64,000 bases of DNA from Candidatus Nanohaloarchaea archaeon (GTDB lineage Archaea; Nanohalarchaeota; Nanosalinia; Nanosalinales; Nanosalinaceae): the NCBI GenBank assembly GCA_013343275.1, contig CP046106.1:544001-608000 (forward strand). The letters run 5' to 3'. A program made the position numbers and the translations under genes. Each line of letters opens with the position of its first letter. Position 1 is the stretch's first letter. Below are positions 63,834 through 64,000 of the stretch, in pieces. The notes under the pieces were generated by a model. The model had not been told where the DNA came from. It saw nothing but the letters and a program-made list of their open reading frames with translations, and did not search any database.

Positions 63834-64000
63834 CGGTACATGTCTCCAAAATCGAAGTCATCCCAGTCAGGTTCTTCATCCAGACAGAAATCGTAGTGGT
63901 TGTCGGTAAGCAGACAGGTCATACCGTACTCGAAATCGTACATAGAACTCAGAGGCCTTGACACATGGATAGACTCCTCTTCTGTTTTACCAGTCACTCT
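63830..64000 (-). CDS. 3' end of a gene entering from the right edge (partial)
   Basis: Open frame ...[24 protein letters not shown] convergent with glyA. Confidence 0.55.
   Translation of the reverse strand, partial: RVTGKTEEESIHVSRPLSSMYDFEYGMTCLLTDNHYDFCLDEEPDWDDFDFGDMYR

Noticed and set aside
1-64000. CRISPR arrays, rRNA genes, IS elements
   Set aside because: No regularly spaced repeats, rRNA-like stretches or transposase ORFs seen

Overview
Compact, gene-dense archaeal chromosome segment. The cytoplasmic proteins are very acidic, GC is moderate, many genes are leaderless or overlapping, and the ribosomal and tRNA-processing genes are archaeal-type. By inference the source is a DPANN nanohaloarchaeon. 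Content is mostly housekeeping: aminoacyl-tRNA synthetases (thrS, pheS/pheT, trpS, glyS, aspS), tRNA processing and modification, an S19e-L39e-L31e-aIF6 cluster, ppsA/pgk/ndk/tmk/glyA, peptidases, glycosyltransferases, SMC-ScpAB and four tRNAs. The standout observation is a repeated cassette, GGT GGA YGY TTT + [codon], inside short upstream ORFs in front of thrS, glyS and (twice) the operon ending in trpS. In every copy the codon after TTT encodes the amino acid charged by the downstream synthetase (ACC/Thr, GGA/Gly, TGG/Trp, TGG/Trp). In three copies the +1 frame runs exactly to an ATGA overlap with the synthetase start (thrS, glyS) or is the body of the first operon gene (trp). The geometry matches the bacterial RF2 (prfB) +1 frameshift site, suggesting a 'hungry-codon' +1 frameshift sensor regulating synthetase expression in an archaeon. 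Also seen: a short-armed SMC, C/D-box/K-turn-like ncRNA candidates, NrdR-like boxes before an orphan ATP-cone, a minD deletion scar, a tRNA-Pro with C33 and strong AGGCCT over-representation.
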